Positions 51,989 through 61,519 of a stretch of DNA of 64,000 nucleotides are shown here, piece by piece. Position numbers and translations under genes: made by a program. Origin of the DNA: Halobacteriovoraceae bacterium. Its GTDB lineage: Bacteria > Bdellovibrionota > Bacteriovoracia > Bacteriovoracales > Bacteriovoracaceae. The notes beneath the pieces were generated by a model that worked only from the letters and a program-made list of their open reading frames with translations, was not told the origin of the DNA and ran no database searches. Where the stretch lies: positions 192,001 through 256,000 of the forward strand of contig CAVRCF010000002.1 in the NCBI GenBank assembly GCA_963719505.1, given 5' to 3'. Each line of letters opens with the position of its first letter. Position 1 is the first letter of the stretch.

Positions 51989-52159
51989 ATGGATTCTAAA
52001 TGGCTAAGTACCTCAGAGGCAGAAGCCTATTTAGGTAGAACGAGAAATGCAATTTGGATAATGGTCAGTCGAGGATATATAGAAAAGCGTAAGTGGCATG
52101 GTCGGCTTTATTTTAAAAAGTCTGAGCTTGATAGTTTGATTGAAAACGGTATGTATTAA
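51989..52159 (+). CDS. xis: Excisionase-like HTH protein (56 aa, not in the ORF track)
   Basis: GGAGG RBS; MDSKWLSTSEAEAYLGRTRNAIWIMVSRGYI...GRLYFKKSELD; directly before the integrase. Confidence 0.8.
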   Translation: MDSKWLSTSEAEAYLGRTRNAIWIMVSRGYIEKRKWHGRLYFKKSELDSLIENGMY

Positions 52160-52171
52160 TTAAGGAGAGGC

Positions 52172-53260
52172 ATGGCAATAACTGAGAGTTTTAGAAACGG
52201 AAATAAAACATTTAATGTTTATGTGAATTTAAGAAGTAAGACCATGCCTCATATCCGACTTCAAAGAAGACTAAAAGGAATTACGACTAAAACAGAAGCA
52301 GTTAGAAAGGAAAGACTTATAGTAAGAGATTTGAGCTCACAAATTTCAATAAAAGAGGGACATGGGCTAACTTGGAGAATGATCATTAACCGCTGGAGAA
52401 TTTATGCAAGTGATTCAAACTTTATTGAACGTCCATATAATCCAGCAACAATTAAAGACTATTGTTCAATGATGCGTAATTGGACTAGAGAGTGGTTAGA
52501 TAGACCAGCATCTGAATTAACCAAAGGTGAGGGGCGAGCTGTTTTGAAAGAAGTTATTGTTCAAGGAAAAAGTAAAGCCTTTCAAAAAAGACTTAAAAAT
52601 ACTATTAACATGATTTTTAATTGGGCAATTGAAGAGAGACTTGTTCGAGGTTTACATCATAGCCCTGTCTACGGGCTTAAGATAACGGTTAAACAAGATA
52701 AACGACCAGAAATTTTAAAGAAGTTTGAAATAATTTTACTTTTAGAAAAGGCAAAAGAGTTTGAAAATGAGTGCTATCCAGTATGGGTAATTGCTCTGTT
52801 AACTGGAATGAGAAATGGAGAGCTTTACGCTCTTAAGTGGAGTGATGTTGATTTTGCCAATAAACAAATTACAGTTCAAAGATCATTTAACAGAAGAACG
52901 GGGGAGATGAAGTCGACGAAAGCAGGGTATTGGAGAAATGTACCAATATCGAAAGATTTGGAGAGAATATTAAGAAATCTTAATGCTAAAAATAGTGAGT
53001 TTGTTTTACCAAGACTTGTAAATTGGCGTAAAGGTAATCAAGCGAAAATTCTTAAGCTCCATTGCAGAACTATCGGTATACCAGCTGTGAAGTTTCACAC
53101 TTTAAGAGCCTGTTTTGCTACTCAACTTATTGGCTCAGGGGTTGAGCCTATTAAAGTTATGAAGATTTGTGGGTGGCGAGATCTTAAGACTATGGCTTAT
53201 TACATGAGATTGTCTGGGATTGAAGAGAAGGGAGCGACCGAGAACTTGAAGTTTCTTTGA
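52172..53260 (+). CDS. int: Tyrosine recombinase / site-specific integrase
   Basis: TGMRNGEL, TKAG, FHTLRACFAT, GW.D..TMAYY catalytic motifs. Confidence 0.95.
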   Translation: MAITESFRNGNKTFNVYVNLRSKTMPHIRLQRRLKGITTKTEAVRKERLIVRDLSSQISIKEGHGLTWRMIINRWRIYASDSNFIERPYNPATIKDYCSMMRNWTREWLDRPASELTKGEGRAVLKEVIVQGKSKAFQKRLKNTINMIFNWAIEERLVRGLHHSPVYGLKITVKQDKRPEILKKFEIILLLEKAKEFENECYPVWVIALLTGMRNGELYALKWSDVDFANKQITVQRSFNRRTGEMKSTKAGYWRNVPISKDLERILRNLNAKNSEFVLPRLVNWRKGNQAKILKLHCRTIGIPAVKFHTLRACFATQLIGSGVEPIKVMKICGWRDLKTMAYYMRLSGIEEKGATENLKFL

Positions 53261-53336
53261 ATATTTAGTTCTCTGTAATGTAGTTAACTTCTTTATAGAA
53301 AACAAATTTTTCAATCAAGTGATGTGATAGGTTTAA

Positions 53337-53972
53337 TTACAAGTATATGTGATAATCTAGTTCGGCAGCACTTAATCTAACTGTTATTGCTGGTTTGGTT
53401 ACATCAAAGATCTTTGCAAGGTCATGGTAAATAATGTCGATATCCTCATCGTCAAATTCATCTATTGAATTATACTTAGACTTTCTTTCTTCAATTAACT
53501 CTAACAATTTTGGTTCAAGAATACTTTTGGGAGCTAACAAAGCTCCTCCAAAATAGTCTGCCTGCCATTCAGCACTTCTATATTGCGTATTGGGTAAGAA
53601 ATTAATTATAGATGCATAATCATCTGTTTTTTGTGCTTCTATGAGAGCTTCGACCATCATTTCAATTAATTCCTTGTGGAGTACTAAATGGCCAACTTCA
53701 TGTGCAATTGAAAACCTAGCTCTTTTAGGTTGCTTTTCATATATCGATTCATCAATTCTAAGGATTTTTTTACATGCAACTAAAGCTGTATCAATTTTAC
53801 ATCCAGCCTCCAACCTAGGACAGGGCATAACTCTGTATTTAAATTCATTGTAGAGAAATAGCTCAACTTCAAAAGGATAATCTTTGATACTTTTTCCTTT
53901 ATGAATTTGATCTACGATCGCCTCAATTTCATCTTTTTCTAAGTACTTAACAGTTAGTTTCTCTTTATTCAT
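53337..53972 (-). CDS. ImmA/IrrE-family zinc metallopeptidase
   Basis: RFSIAHEVGHLVLH, EWQADYFGGALLAP. Confidence 0.92.
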   Translation of the reverse strand: MNKEKLTVKYLEKDEIEAIVDQIHKGKSIKDYPFEVELFLYNEFKYRVMPCPRLEAGCKIDTALVACKKILRIDESIYEKQPKRARFSIAHEVGHLVLHKELIEMMVEALIEAQKTDDYASIINFLPNTQYRSAEWQADYFGGALLAPKSILEPKLLELIEERKSKYNSIDEFDDEDIDIIYHDLAKIFDVTKPAITVRLSAAELDYHIYL

Positions 53973-54342
53973 TTTCTTTTGTTACCGTATTTTTGATCCA
54001 TTTAACTAAGTTATCTATTTCATCCTCTTTCAACTGTTGCCCATTAATTTTTCTTAGCATTACAGGCATGTGTTCCATTAGCTCTGAGTCATGAAGATCT
54101 TTGGGAAGAATTTTTACAGCATTTGCTAATGAAACTAACTCGTTTTTTACTTCTTCAGTCCCATCAAATAGTTTAACAGCTTTGTCATAAAACTCTTTAT
54201 CAGTGGGGGGATTAGATACTCCAGTCTCGACTCGACTCCAATTACCCGCATCTAAAGTCATTTCTTTGCAAAACTTTCTTAACGAAAAGCCTGCAGCAAT
54301 TCTTAATTCTGTAAATCTGTCTCCAAACTTGTTATTTGTCAT
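53965..54342 (-). CDS. XRE-family repressor (ImmR/CapH-like)
   Basis: FGDRFTELRIAAGFSLRKF...NWSRVETG..PP; start MTNNKF after AGGAG; overlaps the peptidase gene. Confidence 0.88.
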   Translation of the reverse strand: MTNNKFGDRFTELRIAAGFSLRKFCKEMTLDAGNWSRVETGVSNPPTDKEFYDKAVKLFDGTEEVKNELVSLANAVKILPKDLHDSELMEHMPVMLRKINGQQLKEDEIDNLVKWIKNTVTKENE

Positions 54343-54409
54343 AAAACTCCTTTGACGCGATCGCCAATGCGAAGCGTTGGCCACCGCGCGTACTTAATTA
54401 TACATTGGG

Positions 54410-54574
54410 TGTTGTCTTTTGTCTACAACACTTTATCGGCTTCAGTTGAAAATAATTAAAATTAAATCTATAAAGTATTAAAATTATTGATTATTACGAA
54501 TTTTGTTGTATAAACTTTACAACACAAACAGGTGTTGTGTTAAGCTTACATCATGTTGTAGTTAAAGTACAACA
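54410..54574. promoter_or_regulatory. Four operators TGTTGT-N9-ACAACA in the divergent promoter region
   Basis: 54410-54430, 54504-54524, 54533-54553 (one mismatch), 54554-54574. Confidence 0.8.
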
Positions 54575-54611
54575 ACTGAAAATTTCTGCAATATTTTTAA
54601 GGTGGTAAAAC

Positions 54612-54797
54612 ATGAAATTTGATAAAAAACTTGTTACGGCTAATAAGGAAAATATAAGTCTTATGTTTAGTGTTGAAATGTTAAGAGAAACTCAGTTTAT
54701 GCAATCTATAGTTAACACTCTGAAGTTAGCTTACTTTCAGCAGATATTTGGTAAAGATGATTCTGAATATTATTATATTGGTAGGGCGGAGAAATGA
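54612..54797 (+). CDS. Small hypothetical protein
   Basis: AAGGTGG RBS; ATGA overlap with the nuclease gene. Confidence 0.55.
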   Translation: MKFDKKLVTANKENISLMFSVEMLRETQFMQSIVNTLKLAYFQQIFGKDDSEYYYIGRAEK

Positions 54798-55435
54798 GAG
54801 TTTTGAGCCTCTTTTATGTGGGACTTCTACCTTATTTCGCTTATTCAGATGTTTTGTCTTTCGGTACTGCTAAAAAGAAATTAGTAAGCGTTTACGCTGA
54901 CTACGATAGAACAATATATTGCGATTGCAAGTTTATTCCTACTACTAAAGAGATCCGTTATGATTCCTGCGGATTTGAGAGTAAGTTATACAGAGGGCAA
55001 AGAAGGAAAATTGAATGGGAACATCTTATGCCTAAATCTTGGTACACTACAAAGCAAGATAGAACTGGCGAAGGTGATATGCATAATTTATATCCAAGTA
55101 TCGGTGTTATAAACGCCGTTAGATCTAATAAGATTTTCAAATATATCGATGGTGAAAAACGCGAGTTTGGAAAATGTGACTTTGAATCTAATTCAGATTT
55201 TGCAGAACCCAGATTTGAGATTAGGGGAGCGATCGCAAGAACTTACCTTTATATGGTTTGGAAATATCCTGTTAAAAAAGATGTTTTGAAGCAGCTGCCA
55301 GATCTTGAAAAATGGTCAATTGGCTCACCCCCAACTAGCTGGGAGTGTAAGAGAAATATGAAAATCAAAAAGGTTCAGGGAAATGATAATCCGTTTGTTA
55401 CATCTCTCTGTCGACGAGGAGTAATACAGATTTGA
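54794..55435 (+). CDS. Endonuclease I (EndA/Vvn) family secreted nuclease
   Basis: Signal peptide; IYCDC, IEWEH, DMHNLYPS...NAVRSN, EPR..IRGAIAR.YLYM, QGNDNPFV. Confidence 0.92.
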   Translation: MRVLSLFYVGLLPYFAYSDVLSFGTAKKKLVSVYADYDRTIYCDCKFIPTTKEIRYDSCGFESKLYRGQRRKIEWEHLMPKSWYTTKQDRTGEGDMHNLYPSIGVINAVRSNKIFKYIDGEKREFGKCDFESNSDFAEPRFEIRGAIARTYLYMVWKYPVKKDVLKQLPDLEKWSIGSPPTSWECKRNMKIKKVQGNDNPFVTSLCRRGVIQI

Positions 55436-55613
55436 ATTGTTTTACAACGGGTCTTAACATAATTATTAAGTAGAAGAAGAGCCATGGAAAAAGAGCTCTT
55501 CAAAATAAACACCTAGATGTTGGTCATTTAAAGAGCTCTGAATTATTTGTGAGAACTTAATTCTGCATGAACTCTACTCGATGGTCAATACCTGCAATGA
55601 AAAGGAGTTCAAT

Positions 55614-56972
55614 ATGAGCGCAAAGTCTTCACCCAAAGTTCAGGAGTCAAATCCTCAAGCGGAACAAAATCCATCTGAAAATTACGTGTATATGAGGGCT
55701 AACCATGTCCTAGGGACGCAATTTGAATCCGATGATGATATGTTTAAAATTCATTTTAAGTTCTCTGATGATAAAGTCATAAGCTCCGATGTTCACGCTC
55801 TATACCGTGAAGCTAAGCTTTTAAAATATATACCTTATGATGACTTTATGGAAACAAATCAAATTGAGTTGATCGAAGCTCTAAAAGAAGAGGGTATTCT
55901 TATAGCTGTTAAGAATCATGTAATCAAACCGGAACAAGATTTCAAAGAACAAATGAAACTTCATTGTAGTCACATTCAAATCCTTACCCTTACTGAAATC
56001 AATGGCAAGCTTGGTGCTATGACTATTAATAATCCACAAGCATATCAAAATGGTTTATTTGGTGAACCTGACTACCCAATGACTTTTATAAGATTAAAGT
56101 TTCCAGGAGGATTAAAAGAAGAAGATAGAAAAGGTTTCATTAAAAATATTAAAACTTGGCTTTTGATTTTGAACACCTTTACTGTTTTCCCCGAAGATTA
56201 TAATGGTGGAGACCCTCTGAGTGCACTTACTCACGATGAGATTTTAGAGTATGGTGATCATCTCCTAAGAGGACTCTGTGGTTATTTAGATTCGATAAAT
56301 TGGTTAAAAAAGGCTGAGAACCACTTGTATTGTGCAGAGTTAGCATATATGGCTCTAAATCTTGGTTTAAAATATCCTCTAAACTCCAAGTACATCCCTG
56401 AAAACTTAATAGAGAAAATCTGTGAAGAAATTCAAACTAAAAAATTCTTAGATCAAAACGAAAACTCTTATATTAAAGGTGTTTCAATTGAACTTTCTTC
56501 TGAAAGTTTGGAACCAATTGGTGAAGACATCAACGCTATAGAACCATTTTATATGTCTGATATGATTGAAAGTTTTATCAAACATACTGTTCCACGCTTC
56601 AAAAACGGGGAAGATTGCAAAAAATATCAAGCCATTCTATATGAACAGAGCATCGGCGCTCTAAAATCAATGGCTCCAGATGTTTTCAACTCGAAGATGT
56701 CACATAAGATTGATAACATCTTGGCCGAAATCACAGAACTTCTACTTGCTGAATATCCTTCATATGAAAGTTTTCGTATGGCGCTCGATAAAAAGCTATT
56801 GACTTTGAATACGACTGTTAGAGAGATTTCAGGCAAAGACAAAATTTATATACCACCTCACGCATTCCTCATTAGAATGCTTGAAAACGAGCTAGAGAAT
56901 AAAATAAAAGGTGTCTTGGGCTTTGAATATTTTGCACATGGGATGCATAAGTCAATCCTGGTTCAGGAGTAG
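55614..56972 (+). CDS. Hypothetical protein, possibly a permuted papain-like (NlpC/P60, YiiX-type) amidase
   Basis: N-terminal SH (HCSHIQI) and a later LYCAELAY motif; start after AAGGAG. Confidence 0.5.
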   Translation: MSAKSSPKVQESNPQAEQNPSENYVYMRANHVLGTQFESDDDMFKIHFKFSDDKVISSDVHALYREAKLLKYIPYDDFMETNQIELIEALKEEGILIAVKNHVIKPEQDFKEQMKLHCSHIQILTLTEINGKLGAMTINNPQAYQNGLFGEPDYPMTFIRLKFPGGLKEEDRKGFIKNIKTWLLILNTFTVFPEDYNGGDPLSALTHDEILEYGDHLLRGLCGYLDSINWLKKAENHLYCAELAYMALNLGLKYPLNSKYIPENLIEKICEEIQTKKFLDQNENSYIKGVSIELSSESLEPIGEDINAIEPFYMSDMIESFIKHTVPRFKNGEDCKKYQAILYEQSIGALKSMAPDVFNSKMSHKIDNILAEITELLLAEYPSYESFRMALDKKLLTLNTTVREISGKDKIYIPPHAFLIRMLENELENKIKGVLGFEYFAHGMHKSILVQE

Positions 56973-56983
56973 GAGAAATTACG

Positions 56984-57878
56984 ATGAGAAATATTGACCT
57001 TAGGCAGGCATTACAATGCGCTAAGCTTTCTAAATTAGCTTATGAAAAATTTGATATAACTCTCGAACCCTTTAAAAAAAATTTGAAATCAGAAGGGTTT
57101 GAGTTGGTGAGAGTCATAATCGATAAGGAGTCAGGCACCAAAGGTTATTTAGCAAAAATTGAAGATGATTATTTTTTGGTATTTACTGGAACTGAAGCTA
57201 ATTACCTGGATATTTTAACAGATTTGAATGCTCCTTTGGTAAACGGGCACCTTGGAAGCAAGCATAGTGGATTCTATGAGAGCTATATGACAGTGAAAGA
57301 AAAAATTGAAAGGTGTTTACCTAAGAAAAAAAAATCTTTATATCTCAGGGCATTCTCTCGGCGGAGCACTAGCATACTTGGCATATGAGGATTTTAAGTC
57401 AACTAACAATGTATTAGGCTGCTATACTTTTGGAGCTCCGCCTGTAGGCATTGATGAAATCATTACAGAAGAGGGCAAATTACCGATATTTAGGCTTGTG
57501 AATGATTCTGATATCATTCCTCGAATCATGTTTGCGGGAGCTTTCATTATTGTATTCTTGAGATTGGTAGTTCTGCTTCCTAAGACTATTCGCTCAAGGT
57601 CCAAGTGGGTAAGAGACCAAGTTGCTAAAGCTGAAAAATGGCTAACAATTGTAAATGATGATATGTTGAAGTATAAACATCCGAGTGCTGGAGTTTATTT
57701 CGATAAAAAGGGTAGGTACAGACATCACTTTGATGAAGCTTTGAGCAAAACTACTTTTCTTAAAATTTTCTTTGAAGTTGGTTATAAAGCGACATTTCTC
57801 GACCATAAAATCGATGGTTACATCGAAATGATAGAGAAAAATCTTGAATCGTCGAATTATGTCGAACGCTTAAATTAG
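56984..57878 (+). CDS. Class 3 lipase; frameshift in the A-run near 57330
   Basis: VFTGT, HSGF, GHSLGGALA, YTFGAP, RLVNDSDIIP, DHKI..Y. Confidence 0.88.
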
Positions 57879-58228
57879 TCAGAAAACAGAAAGAACTTTT
57901 TTTGATATTTAAATGCTCTCGTTAATTTAGCCACCAGAGAGATCACCAGATATTTGGAAGTGGACTTTTACGAAGGATACATTGAAAATATTATTTATGG
58001 CATTAGAGTGCGTACACACTGATCTTATAGGGTGATAATAACGGAAGGAAAAAAGATGACTATGATGTGCAATATAATCAATGTGATATTCTTAATTTAG
58101 CTTTGATAGTGATGAAGGAAATAGACTACCTAGCAATTGATGGGGCTTACAGTACGGCTCATAAAAAGGTTAGCTGAACCAAATATGTAAGCATATGGAT
58201 AAGTGATTCTATGGCTGTAGAGGTTAAT

Positions 58229-58840
58229 ATGTTTGAAAATTTACTAGAGACGATTGGTTTTAAGAGGAATAAATTATCTAATATATTTAGCTTATTAATT
58301 ACGATTGTAATTATGTTCGCATTTGACAAGAATCAGATAATTGAAACAACACATGTCTTATTCTATTTCTTGTTTGTTGCATTTTACTGTGCGATAAACT
58401 ATGTGTTCGTTCTTTTGAGTAGACTCTTGAGCCATATCGTATTAGGCATAAATTCAGTTTTTTATGGGAGGACACTAAAGAAGAAAGTAAATAACCTACA
58501 TCCTAAAGCATTTTTGATTTTATCTAGCTTTTTTGAAAGTAATACAAGGTTTGGAACATTTTCTAGCAAAGATTATGACTTAGATTACATGCAAGAATTG
58601 TTAGATTTGGATCTTTTAAAAACTTATGAAAGTATTTTGCCTGCTGACAGTCAATTGGCATTACGAAATGCGCTAGGAGAAACTTTTGTAAAAGCTGAAA
58701 TTAACAAAGAGGTTTTTGACTATCTTAGTGAAAATTATTGCGAAAAAGCAATTCGATTTGGGTTCATACTGTATCGAGCAGATGTTCGGGAGAAACACAG
58801 AGATCTAATTTTAAAATGCAATAAAGAATATGGGTATTGA
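58229..58840 (+). CDS. Membrane protein, possibly superinfection exclusion SieB-like
   Basis: Two N-terminal TM helices then L..L....ILS.F, a wHTH-like domain. Confidence 0.45.
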   Translation: MFENLLETIGFKRNKLSNIFSLLITIVIMFAFDKNQIIETTHVLFYFLFVAFYCAINYVFVLLSRLLSHIVLGINSVFYGRTLKKKVNNLHPKAFLILSSFFESNTRFGTFSSKDYDLDYMQELLDLDLLKTYESILPADSQLALRNALGETFVKAEINKEVFDYLSENYCEKAIRFGFILYRADVREKHRDLILKCNKEYGY

Positions 58841-58932
58841 GCCAAGTTTAATAACGTTGTAGTTTAATGTAGTAATTCATAGATTGTAAGTTAAGAATTT
58901 CGATATGTTATAATAGCTTCACCTTCACCTTT

Positions 58933-59078
58933 ACCTCCATCACCGTCGAAGTGCTTGATATTATTGATTTTTGGGTCTGTTTTATGTGGCTACTTTGCGG
59001 TAAATGGTAATCTCCCAAGATAATTTTGGACTACTTAGTCGAGTAGTCTTTCCTTAATTAAACTTAATCATTTATTTC
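58933..59078 (+). repeat. att-scar repeat copy A (degenerate ssrA 3' end + IHF-like site + arm-like motifs)
   Basis: ACCTCCATCACCGTCGAAGTGCTTGATATTATTGA...TTTTATGTGGCTACTTTGCGGTAA; homologous to 62567-62711. Confidence 0.75.
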
Positions 59079-59196
59079 ATAAAATACTCCTGCAGCGGAG
59101 TATAATGTTAGTTATTGTCATTTAACCTAAAGAACTTCGTGGAGCTAGTAGCACTATCGGATATCTAGTTTTACAAATATAAATAATAGGGTCCTT

Positions 59197-60150
59197 TTGA
59201 AAAGAAATAGTTTTAATACCATTTTTAAGGTGAAAGAAAACGCCTATAAATTTGATGAAGATATAATTCTCGTTAGAGATCATATTGGAATTTTGAGTGG
59301 AAAAGAAGAGGTCTTTCTTAATGAAAAAAAGATTGCTTCACACTTAAGTCCTTTCATAGATCTGAAAAAATATGACCATATTTTAATTGATGAAGAAGTA
59401 AGAGGGAAACATGGTCGCAAATTTCACTTAAAAGTTGTTTGTGGCATGCACTTATACTTTTTTCCTCGAGCGCATATATACATAAATGATAAATTGGTCT
59501 CAGGAGATATCTCCAAGCCTATATATATTCCACCAGTTCATTGGTTTTTAGTAGTATATATGTCAGCCTTACTAGGCTTTTGTGACTTGATTGTAGACAA
59601 TAGTTTTGAGATCTATTCGGAATACTCCATTAACAGAGAGTCAAAAGTGAAAGTAGAATTAGACTCTGAGGATCTATGGCAAACAGATATTTACAGAGTT
59701 TTTGATAAGAGTAATAAGAAATTGAAAAAAATCAAGAAAGCTGAATGGTTGAAAAAATGTGAGGAGCTTAGTAATCACCAATGCAGGTTGGTATCTTATA
59801 TATTTGCAATAGATGGACAAACTGAAAAAAAGCTAAAGTACGCTCTAAGATCATGTCTAAATGGTTTTCCATTGAGTTGTTACCATGCTTATCTGACTAG
59901 GACTTTTACGGTCTCTCACCCTAGATACAAAGAAACAACTGACAGATTAGTTGAATTCTGTTCAAAAATTGGAAAATTTAATTATAGAGAAAAAACTGTC
60001 TGTCGTAACTTTGCAAAATATTACTATAAAGAGTCAGGCAATATCATCTTTTATAAAAATGTGTCAGGAAAGCTTTGTGACCAAGGAGTCGATCGAAGTT
60101 GTTACAATTTACAAGCAGTAATGGGAGAAGTAATTAGATATAAAGATTGA
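59197..60150 (+). CDS. Hypothetical membrane protein with Cys-rich Sel1-like C-terminal repeats
   Basis: One TM helix; repeated xCxxGxxxxC units. Confidence 0.6.
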   Translation: MKRNSFNTIFKVKENAYKFDEDIILVRDHIGILSGKEEVFLNEKKIASHLSPFIDLKKYDHILIDEEVRGKHGRKFHLKVVCGMHLYFFPRAHIYINDKLVSGDISKPIYIPPVHWFLVVYMSALLGFCDLIVDNSFEIYSEYSINRESKVKVELDSEDLWQTDIYRVFDKSNKKLKKIKKAEWLKKCEELSNHQCRLVSYIFAIDGQTEKKLKYALRSCLNGFPLSCYHAYLTRTFTVSHPRYKETTDRLVEFCSKIGKFNYREKTVCRNFAKYYYKESGNIIFYKNVSGKLCDQGVDRSCYNLQAVMGEVIRYKD

Positions 60151-60349
60151 TTTGATATGTAGTGAGCTTTTAAAAGGACTAAATAGACTATGCCTCAATC
60201 GATAGTCGGGACGATTGTTGCAAGATTAATATTCGGAATGATGATTTTTACGGGACTAATCGCTACATTCGAAAATTGAAAGAGCATAGTTGAAAATGGT
60301 ATATTGAAATATGATAATCAAAATTGATAATCTATTGAAATAGGATTTT

Positions 60350-61255
60350 ATGTACGTACTTAAATTTAGAAAGTTCAAAGCACCAAAGGCTCACAGATTT
60401 GGACCAGATTATTTGTCCCTTTCAAATGACGACGTGGCTCATATTATAGATATAATTCAATCTGATGTAGAAGATTCTTCTGCTATTGAAAGAGAGGAGT
60501 ATAAGTCAGATCTTGAAAATAAATTTATAAGTATTTACTTCGATCCCTTAGTATTTGGAAGTGAAAAAGAGGTTGCATGCTTACTTTCCCCCTTTTTTAG
60601 AGTTAATAAGAATAGTAAAGATATTGATCCTGCTTTACTGGATTTTGAGACAGAAACAGAAATAATAACCTGGGCGGAAATCTCTAATCTAACAGGTCAT
60701 ACCTATCAAGAAATTTGGAAGTTACTTCACCAAGGCACTGACGCGTTCAGAGATGAAGAACTTTTTGATGTTCAAGAGTACAATAAATTTTATGATTTAC
60801 TCCAAAAAGAAAATATATTTGTACCATATGAACGAAAATTTCATCCACTTCTTGTTAATAGTATTAAAGAGTCTTTCAAAGAAAATAACGTTTTGAGGTT
60901 GATAACTTGTGAAGAGATGGGTGAGGATGTATTCATTGATAAAGTAGATGAAGTTGACTCACATGATCTTGTTCATACATCATCAATTTTATCTGAGGAT
61001 AAATCTATTTGTTATATTAATCGATTTGAAGAGTATCATTTCTACTTAGTCGCTACTGAAGAAATTATTGGTAGGATTATTGAGAAATACGGATTTGAAC
61101 AAATAAGCCTGATAAAGGTGAAAGACGATTTATCTGAAAGAGGTCTTAGAAAAGAGTTTTCCAAAAAAGAAAAATTAAATAATCTTCTCTTTCTTGGGGC
61201 TGTAATATTCTTTCTGGTCCTAGTTGGAATCTCTTATTATAGAGGCCATAGTTGA
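60350..61255 (+). CDS. Hypothetical protein with C-terminal membrane anchor
   Basis: 301-aa ORF with AGGA RBS; acidic; hydrophobic C-terminus. Confidence 0.7.
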   Translation: MYVLKFRKFKAPKAHRFGPDYLSLSNDDVAHIIDIIQSDVEDSSAIEREEYKSDLENKFISIYFDPLVFGSEKEVACLLSPFFRVNKNSKDIDPALLDFETETEIITWAEISNLTGHTYQEIWKLLHQGTDAFRDEELFDVQEYNKFYDLLQKENIFVPYERKFHPLLVNSIKESFKENNVLRLITCEEMGEDVFIDKVDEVDSHDLVHTSSILSEDKSICYINRFEEYHFYLVATEEIIGRIIEKYGFEQISLIKVKDDLSERGLRKEFSKKEKLNNLLFLGAVIFFLVLVGISYYRGHS

Positions 61256-61415
61256 GTCAACAAAAGACTTTATTCACGGCTTAGGGAGCGATTTTAGATC
61301 TAAAACTAAAGAAGTCATACATATATGTCCCATGCAGTATACGATACTTACAGAACAGAGATTGATGCTGATGAACGTGGCATCATTCCTTAAATATTAT
61401 TAAGGATAGTAACGT

Positions 61416-61446
61416 CTGCTAATCCCAATAGGCTTCAAACCTCCTA
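61416..61446 (+). repeat. 31-bp direct repeat, copy 2
   Basis: Identical to 3970-4000. Confidence 0.9.
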
Positions 61447-61519
61447 TAGGTAATCTTGAAAGAACCTCTTTTGAGTTGGATCCAATTTCAGGTATAGTAA
61501 ATCAATAAGGAGAACAAAA

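Larger units (their letters stand above)
921..58945. mobile_element. Putative integrative conjugative element (ICE) inserted at the ssrA 3' end, carrying heavy-metal resistance cargo
   Basis: Abuts ssrA; contains VirB4, coupling protein, MOBC-type relaxase, ssb, xis and tyrosine integrase; degenerate ssrA 3'-end copies at 58933 and 62566. The right boundary is uncertain. Confidence 0.75.

Noticed and set aside
51668-54342. Prophage (ssb, xis, int, repressor)
   Set aside because: No capsid, terminase or tail genes; the adjacent T4SS and relaxase indicate an ICE
54410-54574. Possible mini-CRISPR array
   Set aside because: The units are 21-bp palindromes with variable centres and irregular or zero spacing, and no cas genes are present; they fit operators
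6863-57604. Many minus-strand ORFs antisense to long genes (for example 6863..7375, 11496..11789, 21902..22225, 33416..33907, 48576..48905)
   Set aside because: They lie opposite well-supported genes and have no recognisable motifs
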